NCBI GenBank assembly: GCA_963823665.1
Contig: CAWGMQ010000008.1
Location: forward strand, 32,001-96,000
Reading direction: 5' to 3'
Source of the DNA: an uncultured Planctomycetota bacterium
GTDB taxonomy: Bacteria > Planctomycetota > Planctomycetia > Isosphaerales > Isosphaeraceae
Length of the DNA stretch: 64,000 nucleotides
Each line of letters begins with the position of its first letter. Position 1 is the first letter of the stretch. Below are positions 1-10,787 of this stretch, in pieces. A model generated the notes under the pieces. The model worked only from the letters and a program-made list of their open reading frames with translations, did not search any database and was not told the origin of the DNA. Position numbers and translations under genes: made by a program.

Positions 1-1774
1 GATCACGGCAACCGACTCGGCTTCGAGCGCGATCACCGGGACAAGCCCGCAGGTGAACGTCGTCCCGGCAGCGGCGTACGACTTCATCGTCACCACCAGC
101 TTCGTCAGTCCTGACGTGGCCGGGACATCGGGCACGGTCACCATCACCGCGCAGGATCTCTACGGCAACACCGTCAGTGATGGCCTCAACCAGTATAAGG
201 GCACCGTGGACCTCACGAGCACCGATCCGCAGATCGCAGGCCTCCCCGCAACTTACGCGTTCGGCGTCGCCGACGACGGATTGCACGTTTTCAACAACGT
301 CCTCCTTGAAACGGCCGGCAGCCAGTCGATCACGGCAACCGACTCGACTTCCAGTGCGATCAGAGGATCAAGCGCTCTGGTGAACGTCATCCCCGGCGCG
401 ACGCACGACTTCCTCGTCACCTCCAATTTTGCCAACCCCGATGTGGCGGGGACGACCGGCACGGTCACCATCACGGCCAAGGATCTCTACGGTAATACAA
501 CCGGCGGCCCGTCCAGCTTCTACCAGGGCACCGTGGACCTGACCGGCACCGATGCTCACATGGCCGGCCTGCCGTCTACTTATAAATTCCTTGCGGCCGA
601 CGACGGTTCACACGTTTTCAATAATGTCGTCCTCGAGACAACCGGCAACCAGTCGATCACAGCGACTGACTCACTTTCCAGCACGATCACAGGGACAAGC
701 CCATCGGTGAGCGTCGTCCCCGCGCCGGTGCACGACTTCCTCGTCACGACCAGCTTCGCGAACCCGGATGTCGCCGGCACCGTCGGAACCGTCACCGTCA
801 CCGCCCAGGATCGTTACGGCAACACCGTCGGCAGCGGATTGAATATCTATCAAGGAACGGTCAATCTCTCGAGCACCGACGCCAAGCAAGTTGGCCTGCC
901 GGCGAGCCACATTTTCACCTCGGCAGACGCAGGCAAATACACGTTTACCGGCGTTGAGCTCGAAACCGCCGACAGCCAGACAATCACCGCGACCGATGCG
1001 ATTTCGACCACGATCGCCGGAAGCGCCATCGTCGACGTCACCGCCGCAGCCGACTCGCAACTGTTCGTTTCGATGCCGCCACCGGACCCCATCATCGTCG
1101 GGCAGCCATTCTCAATCGCCGTCACCGCCGAGGATCAATTCGGCAACGTGGCGACAGGCTACAGCGGCTCGGTGACCATCTCGCTGCCCAACGAACCGGG
1201 TGTCTCGGGATCCATCCCGGCCAGGAATGGTGTGGCGACGTTCACCGGACTGACCGCTTCCACCGCCGGCCAGGGAAACTCAATCCAGATTTCGGCCCCC
1301 GGCCTCCCGAAGATCTCAACACCACCACTGCCCATCAACCCAGCCCCTGTTCCCCCGGCTCCAACAGTAGAGTTCGAACAAGTCTTGACCTCCCAGAAGA
1401 CAAACAGGAAAGGCAAGAAGATCGGCAAGCCCGTCGTCACCGGGTTTGAACTTGTCTTCAGCGAGGCCATGAGCCAGGCAACCACCGGTTCCATGAGCGG
1501 CTATAAGGTCGACAAGATCGTCACGAAGACAGTCAAGAGAATGAAGAAGAAATCGCTTGTGCCAGTCAGCTTAACCCCGAACTACAACCCGTCGAACAAC
1601 AGCGTGAGCTTCATGATCAGCGGCAAGAACCTCTTCAAGCTGGGAGGCCAGATCACCGTCGTCACCACGCCTCCGAACGCGGTCACCAGCTCTGCGGGCG
1701 TCGCGGTTAGCGGTACGACTGTCTTCTACATCCTACCCAACGCAAAGAACATCACGGCCGGTAGTGCATTGTAA
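1..1774 (+). CDS. Large surface/adhesin protein, 5'-truncated by window edge; ~109-aa Ig-like repeats, Pro linker, basic C-terminal domain
   Basis: Frame is open from the window start. Repeated 'DFxVTTSFxxPDVAGTxGTVTITAxDxYGN...YxGTVxLxSTD' units; Thr/Ser-rich; C-terminal 'KGKKIGKPVVTGFELVFSEAM'. Confidence 0.75.
   Translation, partial: ITATDSASSAITGTSPQVNVVPAAAYDFIVTTSFVSPDVAGTSGTVTITAQDLYGNTVSDGLNQYKGTVDLTSTDPQIAGLPATYAFGVADDGLHVFNNVLLETAGSQSITATDSTSSAIRGSSALVNVIPGATHDFLVTSNFANPDVAGTTGTVTITAKDLYGNTTGGPSSFYQGTVDLTGTDAHMAGLPSTYKFLAADDGSHVFNNVVLETTGNQSITATDSLSSTITGTSPSVSVVPAPVHDFLVTTSFANPDVAGTVGTVTVTAQDRYGNTVGSGLNIYQGTVNLSSTDAKQVGLPASHIFTSADAGKYTFTGVELETADSQTITATDAISTTIAGSAIVDVTAAADSQLFVSMPPPDPIIVGQPFSIAVTAEDQFGNVATGYSGSVTISLPNEPGVSGSIPARNGVATFTGLTASTAGQGNSIQISAPGLPKISTPPLPINPAPVPPAPTVEFEQVLTSQKTNRKGKKIGKPVVTGFELVFSEAMSQATTGSMSGYKVDKIVTKTVKRMKKKSLVPVSLTPNYNPSNNSVSFMISGKNLFKLGGQITVVTTPPNAVTSSAGVAVSGTTVFYILPNAKNITAGSAL
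80..1040 (+). repeat. Intragenic tandem repeats, 327-bp period (Ig-like domains)
   Basis: 'gacttc(a/c)tcgtcac' recurs at 80, 407 and 734. Confidence 0.8.
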
Positions 1775-1805
1775 TAGCCGCGACAGCAGTTTGATCTCGC
1801 CGTCT

Positions 1806-4800
1806 TCATTTCCAGGTCTTCACCGGGCGGATGCCGCTGTAGACGCCACGGTACGATGGCAGCTCGCCGATGCGAATCGCCGCGCGGATGGTGTCCGGCG
1901 GGTCACTGAATGCCCCGCCTCGTTGGCCACGCAGACTGTTGCCGTCGACGACCTCAAATACCGTCACGATGTCGCTGAACGGTCCACGCTTTCCGCGCTC
2001 GGAGGGGAGGCTTCGGCCGTGACACCATTCATAAACGTTTCCTAGCACATCAAACAATCCCAGATCATTGGGGCGACGCTTGCCGCAGAGCCAGGCGTGT
2101 CCCTCGCCGTTGCGCTGATACATCGCGTATTTCTCGAGCAGTGCAATCGAGCTGCCGTAGTGACGGCTTGTGACCGCGCCCGCGCGGCAGGCGAATTCCC
2201 ATTCCGCCTCGGTCGGCAGTCGATAACCAGTGCGTTCCAGCACGTCGGCCGGGATCGACATCCCTTCGGCGTACGCACCCAGCTCGTTCGGGAGATAGCA
2301 CCACTGGTCTTTGGGCAATCGCTCTTGTTCGCTGAGCCAGTTGCAGTAGGCGGCGGCAGTGAACCAGTCCGAGGCGATGCAGGGTCCATTCGGGTCGGGA
2401 CTGTACTGGAGCAGCGTGCTGCGCCGAAGACTGAATTGATTGTTGCTCTTTACAAATCGGCCAAATTCCTCAACCGTCACCTCCTTCGTGGCGATGGCAA
2501 AGCTTCGCGGGATCAACATCCGACGCGGAAGCTCGAGATCGGCGTTTCGGTCCAACTCGCCGTCAGGCGAGCCCATCCGAAACTCGACGGGACCCTCGAT
2601 CCTGGTGAAAGTCTGCCCCTCTTTGTTGACGAACCAGCGCCGATTTCGGGCAACGTCGTTCCCACTCAAGTCGCGAGTGATCCCGTTCAGTTTGTCCGTT
2701 TGATTCCACTGCCGGAGCGTCCACTCGCATGCGCCATGGATGCCTGCATCCGGATCGTTACGGAAGAGCTGGAGTAAGGTCCGGATGATCCGTTCCCTCG
2801 GCTCCGCCGGCAGTGTGTCGACACCGAACGTCCCGAGGGCCAGAATGAGCGCCCGTCGTGTCGAAATGGCCGGGTGAAAGAGGATCTGCTCGGTGTTGCC
2901 GGAAGGGCGACGGGAGGTCTCATGTTCGGCTGGTCCGGCTCGAGCCGGAGTCTCCTTGAAGTGCGAATCAAACCGCTCGAATTCCGACGCGACAAGGTTC
3001 GGTGCACAACCGAACGAGCTCAACATGTCAACGATCATACTGCGAACCCGAGGGTCAGGGCTGTGCCCGAAGAGAGGCCAGACGGAATCAGTCAGATTCA
3101 GCTTCACCATGGTCACCGCAGCGCGGGCCTGGCGCTCGGCCACCGCTTGTTTTTCGGCATCCGAGACTCGAGCTCGGTGCCAGACCGAGATCGCGGCAAG
3201 GGATCGACCGGGTGTGGTCGGCGCAACCGACCACGCCACCGGGCGATAACCTTCGCTCGTGAGCTTCCTGCCGCGCCTGAGCTGCTCGGCCGGATCCAGA
3301 CCTTCCAGCACCTGTTCCTCCCACTCGAGCGCACTTGACCAGACGACAGCGTATCGGCGATCGACAACCGAAGCGCTCATGAGCGAGGTGAACGCCGCGT
3401 CGTCGCGAATCGGATCAAGCGCGGGGTCGACGTCCATCCGGCTGAACTCGACGTCGCGGTCCCGCACAGCCTCCTCGATCAATCGACAGGCACGGTCCAC
3501 AAGCCCGCGGCCTTGCACGTGAGCGCGACCCATCACCGGCGCAGAGGCCAAGGCGAAGGCACGGATCGACTCGTAACGGAGTTCGCTGTCCTTGGGCTCC
3601 TTGGAGAGTGCGCGATCGAGCTCGCCAATTGCCTCCTCGAGTCCCTCGCCCAGCTCGGCCGCGACAACAACCGCTAGACCGAGCTTCCAGGACAGAGGCG
3701 CGTACGCGCTCCTGAATCCAGCCAGATCGGCCAGCGCTTCGCTCTTCCTGCCCAGCCGTGCAAGAGCGATCGCGCGCCACCGCAACGCCTCCACGTCGTT
3801 CTTGTTCGTGCCGATCAGGTACTTGAGGTCTTCCAGTGCCTTGCCCGGTTCGCCTGCCCGCAAGTTGGCCATCGCCAGCGCCCGCCGTGCATCGAGGTTG
3901 CCCGGCTTGGTCTCGAGCGTTTTTTCCGCGGCTCTCAAGGCGGCCTGCACACGCGCACGAGTCGATTGCGGCTGGCCCACACCGCTTACCGTCGCGTCAG
4001 ACACGACCTGATCGCCTCGCGCTGTTCGCATGGCCGCCAGGTCGGGCTCGAATACGTTCACTGTCGTCTCCGACGGCGTCGAGCCGCCGGACTCCCGGCC
4101 CCAAACCCCGCAATACTTCACGCAACCGTCCGCGCATCGCATCGCTTGCAGCGAACGTGGATTCAGCTCGAGATCCTTGAGCTCGCCCTCCTTCGCAGCC
4201 CGCTCTTCCGCCGTGGCCCCGAAGCTGATGCTTACGTCGTCGCTCCCAGACGTTAGCGCCCACACTATAGCGTAACGCTCGGAGGCGATCCCCGCCCCCG
4301 CAGTCGCGACATAGCAGGCAACATCGACCGGTACGTACTTCTCCCCACGGTTTTTCTCATCGTGACGGAGAACATCCTCGGATGAAAGATCAGCATCGAG
4401 CCGCCATTCACGCCCGTCACGCGCCCAGACCGCGGCAACACGTACCATCGACAGATCGTTATACGGTCTGACACGCACAGGACGATAGCCGGATGCGCGG
4501 AGCCCTTCCGCCGTTTCGAGAAACTCGTTGAGTTTCATCGTCTGGCAAAAAGCGAACCGATCGTCCAGCAAGCCTGCCGCCGCGCCGATCCGGCTCACCA
4601 GTTGAGTAGCCGGCTTTGCCCATGCCGGGTCGACCACCGCGTCGTTCCTGGCCTCGGCCTTTCGGTCGAGCTCCGCCCGGAGAATCGGCTGGATCTTCTG
4701 CGATTGCTGCTCGGCCTGGCGAAAAAGGCTTGTGTAAGCGAGGGGATCGGCGCCCAGCAGTAACTCGGCCAGAACCGCCGGGTCGTCGTGCGCATAGTCA

Positions 4801-7800
4801 CACAGAATGCTCGTCGCCATCTCGTGCTGCGACTGGACGTCGGGCTTCTCGGACGTCTCGCGAAAGATCGCCGACAGGGCGGGCGTTAAGATCGATCGAA
4901 TGTTTCGAAAGACCTCCAGCCACGACTCGCGCGAGTCGCCGTCGATCGTGACTAGAGCCTTCGCCACCCTGCCACCGATCTCGCGCCATCGGGAAGCCTC
5001 CGGCTCGAACGCAGCCAAGGCCCCGGCCGCGGAGAGGACGGCCGCATCCGAAGAATCCTTCGACTCGACGACGGACCACAATGGAGGGACCAGGCTCGCG
5101 GCCTGCGATCGCAGAACCGTTCTCAGCACGAGGAGTTCTTCCGGCGTCGAATTCTGTAATCGCGTTTTGAGGTACCCGAGCTGGCCCGGATCGACGGGAT
5201 AGAGCGCCAAGCTAGCGTGCAGCTTTGCCTTCGGCGGAAACCAACCTGCTTCGACGATCTTGCGCAGTTCCGGGTCGATCAAGTCGCCTTTCGGCCTTGA
5301 GCTCCCCGATCAACCGAGTTATTTCCCCGATGTCCGCATTGAGCAGCTCCTGAACCCGGCTTCTCGCGGACGCCGCTCTGGCGTACCACGCGGAGAGCCC
5401 AACCGCAGCTAGAACCGCGGCGACCCCGGCAAACGCAATCGCCCGCAGCCCGTTAAAAAGACCCGCCCGTCGCATCATCCTTCGCTCCGGCTCGGTCCAA
5501 TCCTTGGGGCGAGTGAGCGCGCGTATGCTTGCCCATTCGACGAGTGAGGGTAGATGCCGCAGCTCGGGCTTGGCACTCCAGATCGCCGCGCGCTCGGCGA
5601 GGATCAGCTCCGCTCGTCCCCGTCGGGTCTCCCTCTGCTTGCGCGTCAGCCACTCGCGCAGCGAATGAACAAGGTAATCGTGCGTAAGCTGGAAATATCG
5701 CTGGCCAGACAGCTTCTCTGCCGGCATCTCTGCCGCCGTTCCTTCAGGATCCGTCGGAGTGATCAACCGCAACTCGGCGTCGAGAATCCCGATCAGATCG
5801 TCGAAATCCCTCGGCCGGCTTGCATACCCGGAAACCTCCCGCAACTCCGACTCCGACCGCATCTGACCCTTGATGTCCGTCCCGCTCTGCGGCAGCAGGG
5901 CCTTGAGCACCCCCTGCGCCGCCCGCTGGTGCAGCCGATGCTCCGGCGGCGCGGTCGAGGCGCTGAACGTTTCCTCGAGAAACGTCACGCCCACCCCTTG
6001 CGTTCCGCCAATGTCCTTGAGCGTCGCCGGCGTCCAGGGCTTTCCTTTCACCATTTCCGCGAACAGCGCCAGCCGCACCGACACGACCTTGCCGTCTTGT
6101 GCCAGTCCCGCCACCGATTGCTCGATGAACGACTTCTGCTCTGCGGAAAGCTCCGATGACTTCTCGGGCAACACTCCGTACGCTCGCCCGAATGCCGTCA
6201 AAACCCGGCGCGCGTGCATGAGCTGAAACAAATCAACCGCCGCCGAGTTCTCGCCTTCGACGAGCCGGATCTCCAGGTCTCTCATGAACCGCGTCGCCGC
6301 CATCCAGAAATCGTCCCGTGCCATCACGACCGCCTGGATATGCTCGCCGTCGCACTGCCGAAGAGCCGCGACCAACTCCGTGTTCATTTCGTTGCGCCGC
6401 GCAAAGAGCCACTGCTCGAACTGGTCCAGCACCAGCAGCACTTTCTGTCCGGGCCGAATCACCCGCCCGCGACGTAAGGCCGAAAGCGCGTCGACGAGCG
6501 ACCAGTCACTTGATAGGTCGGGGCATACTTTTCTCAGGCCTTTTTGAAGCCGTGCCTCGGTATCCTCCGGTGTCGCCTCGATGTAAACCGGCAGTACGTG
6601 CTTGGAGAGTCTCGGCAACAAACCCGCCTTGAACATCGACGACTTGCCGCAACCCGAAGGCCCATACACGAGCCCCACGCGAAACGTCGTGTCGGCGTCG
6701 CCCGATTCGATCCGCGTCTTCCAGAAGCGCAGACTCTCGGGCAAACCGTCCCGGTCTCGAGCGCCCGGCAAAAGCTCGAGGTAGAAGTCCGCGTCGTGCC
6801 GGTCAAACGACCTCAGACCTTTGGGAATGATCTTGATGAGCTGCGCGTCCGATTCCGACCGCACCGGCGGCGTCGGAGCCGGGGTGGCCTCCTGGGTCGA
6901 TCCGGGCGGCGGGACCGCGACCGTGCTCGGTGCAGAAAGCGGCGGGCCGAGCGACACCTCGGTTTCCGCGAAATGACGCAGGTCCTCCGCAAAATCTCGT
7001 CCCGTGCTGTACCGCTCCGACGCTCGCTTCGCCATTGCCTTCTGGCTGATCCGCTCGAGCTCGCGCGGAATCGCATCGTCCATCTGCCGAAGCGGCCGCG
7101 GCTCGACCGTGGCGATTTGATCCATTACCTCAGCGCGGTTCTCGCCACGAAACGGTTTACGGCCCGAGAGCAGCTCATAGAGCACAACGCCCAGGCTGAA
7201 AATGTCCGAGCGGCCGTCCACACGGTGCCCCTCGCCACGCGCCTGCTCGGGGCTCATGTAATCGGGCGTGCCCGCCAGCTTGGCTCCCTTGCCGTAGTCC
7301 TCGTCTTTGAGCGCCAGCCCGAAATCGGCCACCCACGGCTGGTTCGATTGGCCGATCAAGATATTCGCCGGCTTGATATCTCTGTGCACCAGGCCGCGCG
7401 TGTGCGCATGATGAAGAGCTTCCGCGACGGTCGCGGTAAGCTCGATCGACTCACGAAATGACAGCCGCCCCTGCCTGAGCCGCGCCGCCAGGTCGCTCCC
7501 CTCCACGAACCTCGATACTACATAGCAGAGCCCTTGATCCGTCCGCCCAACGTCATACACCGGAACGATATTCGGGTGGTCGAGCTTCGCCAGGGCACGC
7601 GCCTCCGCCAGGTAAAGCTCGACATCTCCGGAACGGGCAACCCGCGACGGCGTGGGCACCTTGATCGCGACGGCGCGGTCCAGCTCGTCGTCATGCGCCA
7701 GATAAACCCGCCCGAACCCACCCTCGCCCAGCCGCCGGATGACCCGATACCGACCGATCACACGAGGATCGCCGAGCCCGCCATCGGGCGGCTCACCTTT

Positions 7801-7848
7801 TGATGATGGCAGTCCCTCAGTTTCAGACCAGTAGTTGCCCGTAGCCAT
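1806..7848 (-). CDS. Ser/Thr kinase - STAND-type P-loop NTPase - TM - helical/TPR - FGE-sulfatase (SUMF1-like) multidomain protein, frameshift near 5282
   Basis: ORF 5212..7848 has GEGGFG, VAIK, HRDIKPAN, DFG, Walker A GPSGCGKSS and Walker B LVLDQFEQ. ORF 1806..5282 has TPR-like helices and FGE motifs FRMGSP, YRLPTEAEWEFACRAG, PNDLGLFDVLGNVYEWC, RGGAF. The ORFs overlap and read through as ...AERR/LIDPELR. Confidence 0.8.
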
Positions 7849-7967
7849 CGAGTTGGTCAGACGCCCTGAATTCCGATCTCATCCCACCATCGCCCGATGC
7901 CGGTGCAAACCGTGTCGCGAGCGGGACTTCGAAATTCTATCCGATCAGGCCATCGACGACCAAGGGT

Positions 7968-8948
7968 TCAAGCCCGCAGCCCCGCCAGCCACGGCTTCTC
8001 GAGCAGCTCGAACGGCTGTGCCAGCTCGGCGATCGCCTCTCCACGCTGCCGGATGTGGCGCTCGGCGATCGGGCCCAGCCGCGACGATGCGGCCGCCAGG
8101 TATCCCACCCGCCAGGGGTCGATCCGCATCAGCCGGGTACAGGTCGCGTCGACGGCCGGCAGGTTCGTTCCCATCACCAGCACGCCCAGGCGACGCGGCG
8201 TGCCCATGATCGGCCCGTCACCCTCCATTCCGACAATGCCGTCGACAATCGCCAGATGCGGCAGCACGGCCGCGTTGATGTCCAGGATCGACGACCCAAT
8301 GCCCGCGTAATGCAGCACGTTCTTGGGCCACCCGTACACGATCCCGGGCATCACTCCGAAGAGGTTCTTCATCGAGAGCGTCACCCCCGCCCAGTGGTGT
8401 GTCTTCATCTTCGGCAGCGACACGATCAGGTCCGCCCGTTTGAGCGACGCCGGCAATGCAAGCTTCGAGAGTGTCGTCTGCCGAAGCTGGTTCGGAACGA
8501 AATCCACCTCGTCGTGATTCAAATCGATGAACTCCAGGCGCGACTCGTCCAGGACCTTGCCCAGCCCCGACTGGTCGAGAACCAGCAACGCGTCCCGGCA
8601 GTGCCCCGGACCCTCAGCGACCAGGACTTCCGCCGCACCCCAGCTCCGAAAAACCTCCGCTGCGGCACGAACCACGTACGGGTGCGTGTTGATCTCAGGG
8701 GCCTCGCGGCTTGGCTCCACAAGGTTTGGCTTCAACAGCACGGTCTTCCCTCTGGCCCACGGCGGGCGCAGCCCAAGCTCACCGAGCCCAACGGCGATCG
8801 TGCGTTCGAGATCGGCCTCATAACTGGCTGCCTTGGCGATGAACACGCTCGCGCGATGGCCCCACTCGTTCCAGCCGGCGACCAGGCTGCCGCCAATCCC
8901 CGTTGCAACCGTGGCTCCCGCACCCGCAAGAAAAGTCCGTCGCTTCAT
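7968..8948 (-). CDS. DUF362 domain protein with twin-arginine-like signal
   Basis: MKRRTFLAGAG N-terminus; VLLKPNLV, VAEGPGH, PKMKTHHWAGVTLSMKNLFG, DGIVGMEGDGP. Confidence 0.85.
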   Translation of the reverse strand: MKRRTFLAGAGATVATGIGGSLVAGWNEWGHRASVFIAKAASYEADLERTIAVGLGELGLRPPWARGKTVLLKPNLVEPSREAPEINTHPYVVRAAAEVFRSWGAAEVLVAEGPGHCRDALLVLDQSGLGKVLDESRLEFIDLNHDEVDFVPNQLRQTTLSKLALPASLKRADLIVSLPKMKTHHWAGVTLSMKNLFGVMPGIVYGWPKNVLHYAGIGSSILDINAAVLPHLAIVDGIVGMEGDGPIMGTPRRLGVLVMGTNLPAVDATCTRLMRIDPWRVGYLAAASSRLGPIAERHIRQRGEAIAELAQPFELLEKPWLAGLRA

Positions 8949-9913
8949 GAAGAGGCCCTCATTGCGTGTGACGGCGCTGACCCGCGCGCTCGCGAACCAG
9001 CGTCGCCCTCGTTCGGTTTGATCAGAAGCTCCACTCCCCGCTCACTCGCGGCCAGCAGCAAAAGGGCCAGGCTCACCACAGCGTCAGGGCGCGAGCCATG
9101 CATGCGGTACGATTCGCCGAGCCAGGTTGCGGCTTCCCGGGGGCACGCATCCCAAGCTCGCAAGCCGAGCACGCCCCAGCCCAGCGACGCGCCCGCCCGG
9201 ACGTCTCGAAGCGCCTGACGCAGGTAGTCGATCCCGCGGCGGCATTCGGGTGTTTCCTCGCCATGCGCCTTGAGCGCCAAGAGCGCCAGCCCGGAAGGCC
9301 CCGGCTGAGCACGCAAGGCGCGGCCGAGCACGGCCGGGTTCCCGTAATTCCAGCCGCCAGACTGGAGCGATCGGTTCAGAATGAGGTGGATTCCGGCCCG
9401 GACGCGCCCATGAGAGTGCAGCCCGTCCCGGCAAAGCGCCAGTGCCGCCAGCGCCGTCGGCTCAACCCAGGAATGCGTGCTCGCCACCCACGGCCATCCG
9501 CGCACCGTGGGGTCGTGGCCGATCACCTTTGCGGTGAGCTCGTCGCGGGGCAAGCTCTGGCCTTGCAAATTGAGCAGGAACCCTCGTGCCCGGATTCGAG
9601 GTTCCTCATGGCCTCCGACTGCATTCCATAAGAGGATGGCATACGGGGTTGTCCACGCGGGCGTCTCGATCTCCGCAACCACGGGCAGCGATCCATCGGA
9701 GCGCTGAATCACCGCCATCCATTCCGCCGTAACGCCCGCGCTGGCCAGATCACTCGCCGCAGTGGCGCGATCCCCGGAGGCGATAAGTCCCAGCGAGGAG
9801 AGCACCGACGGCTCGACGCCCGCCCTTCCTCCTTGCTTGTAGCCCCAGTTGCCCTGGCCGCCACGCAGCGAATGCAAATGGAAACGAGCTTCATCTGTCC
9901 AGTCGGCCATCAC
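8945..9913 (-). CDS. Prenyltransferase/squalene-oxidase repeat (alpha/alpha barrel) protein
   Basis: QW-like repeats GNWGY, QRSDGSLP, RGWPW...SWVEPTALA, SGGWNYGN; 4-bp overlap with the DUF362 start. Confidence 0.7.
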   Translation of the reverse strand: MMADWTDEARFHLHSLRGGQGNWGYKQGGRAGVEPSVLSSLGLIASGDRATAASDLASAGVTAEWMAVIQRSDGSLPVVAEIETPAWTTPYAILLWNAVGGHEEPRIRARGFLLNLQGQSLPRDELTAKVIGHDPTVRGWPWVASTHSWVEPTALAALALCRDGLHSHGRVRAGIHLILNRSLQSGGWNYGNPAVLGRALRAQPGPSGLALLALKAHGEETPECRRGIDYLRQALRDVRAGASLGWGVLGLRAWDACPREAATWLGESYRMHGSRPDAVVSLALLLLAASERGVELLIKPNEGDAGSRARGSAPSHAMRASS

Positions 9914-9998
9914 GCGATCCCCTTTAGTTCCATTCTCCCGAAATAAACATAGGCCACACGTGGTGGTGAAATTGCAGCGCCGGCTGTCGTCTCCTTTT

Positions 9999-10026
9999 TT
10001 GACGCCCGTACCATGTGACCTAGACT
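9999..10026 (+). promoter_or_regulatory. Putative sigma70-type promoter of the flp/tad operon
   Basis: TTGACG (9999-10004), 16-nt spacer, TAGACT (10021-10026), ~165 nt upstream of flp1. Confidence 0.5.
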
Positions 10027-10189
10027 TCCAATGAACCTGGTGAGAAGACGCGGTGGTCGCATGTCGCTAACCCCCGCGGTCAAAAAGATCCGGGGCAAAG
10101 AAGAGGTGGTTTGGTCCGAGGGCGAGCGACGTGCACCGGTGCGTCGGCGCCCTGGTTACTCAGGTCGTTTGGGCACAAAGGAGCGGAAA

Positions 10190-10366
10190 ATGCGTGACGT
10201 GTTCTCCAGAGTACATCGTTTCATCGTGAGTGAAGATGGTCCGACTGCCGTCGAGTACGCGGTCATGCTGGGTCTGATCGTCGTCGCAATCGTCGGCGTC
10301 GTCAGCAACCTCGCCAAGAGCGTCAGCGGCACCTTCAGCACGGTCAGCAGCACACTCGGGTCGTAA
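10190..10366 (+). CDS. flp: Flp family type IVb/Tad pilin 1 (58 aa)
   Basis: MRDVFSRVHRFIVSEDG|PTAVEYAVMLGLIVVAIV; AAGGAG RBS upstream of ATG 10190. Confidence 0.92.
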   Translation: MRDVFSRVHRFIVSEDGPTAVEYAVMLGLIVVAIVGVVSNLAKSVSGTFSTVSSTLGS

Positions 10367-10371
10367 CGATC

Positions 10372-10419
10372 GCAAGCATGGGCGGGCCAGGGGCCGCGCG
10401 GCCAGCCCGTCTCGCTTGC
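10372..10419 (+). other. Intergenic stem-loop between the two flp genes
   Basis: gcaagc-at-gggcgggc ... gcccgtct-c-gcttgc imperfect inverted repeat. Confidence 0.45.
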
Positions 10420-10477
10420 ATCCCCCGTTCGGTCTTCGGTTCAAGGGCCTCCAAGCCGCTCGGACAAGGAGCTCAGC

Positions 10478-10654
10478 ATGCCAGTGTTTGTCTCGAGAAT
10501 TCGGCGCTTCCTCACCAGCGAGGACGGGCCGACCGCAGTCGAATATGCCGTGATGGTGGGCCTGATCGTGGTGGCCATCATCGGCGTCGTCACATCGCTC
10601 GCCTCGACCATGAGCGGAACGTTCAGCACCGTGAGCAGCACGATCGGTTCGTGA
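10478..10654 (+). CDS. flp: Flp family pilin 2 (58 aa; absent from the supplied ORF track)
   Basis: Hand translation MPVFVSRIRRFLTSEDG|PTAVEYAVMVGLIVVAIIGVVTSLASTMSGTFSTVSSTIGS*; AAGGAG RBS. Confidence 0.92.
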   Translation: MPVFVSRIRRFLTSEDGPTAVEYAVMVGLIVVAIIGVVTSLASTMSGTFSTVSSTIGS

Positions 10655-10722
10655 TCACGGCTCAAGTGCTCAAATCGAGGCCGGCCGTGCCGGTTCGTGT
10701 TTTTTCGATCCCGCTCACTTCC

Positions 10723-10775
10723 GACGATGCGGCGAGGCGAAGGATGATCCAGACGCCTCGCCCTTCGTCATTTTT
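10723..10775 (+). terminator. Putative intra-operon terminator/attenuator after the pilin genes
   Basis: gacga..ggcgaggcg / cgcctcgcc..tcgtc stem followed by attttt, directly before the cpaA RBS. Confidence 0.45.
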
Positions 10776-10787
10776 AAGGACTTGTTC

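Noticed and set aside
1806..2650. FGE/C-type-lectin-fold domain as a diversity-generating retroelement target
   Set aside because: No reverse transcriptase or template repeat seen in the window.
10031..10189. N-terminal extension of flp1 in the ORF track
   Set aside because: RBS and typical pilin length point to ATG 10190.
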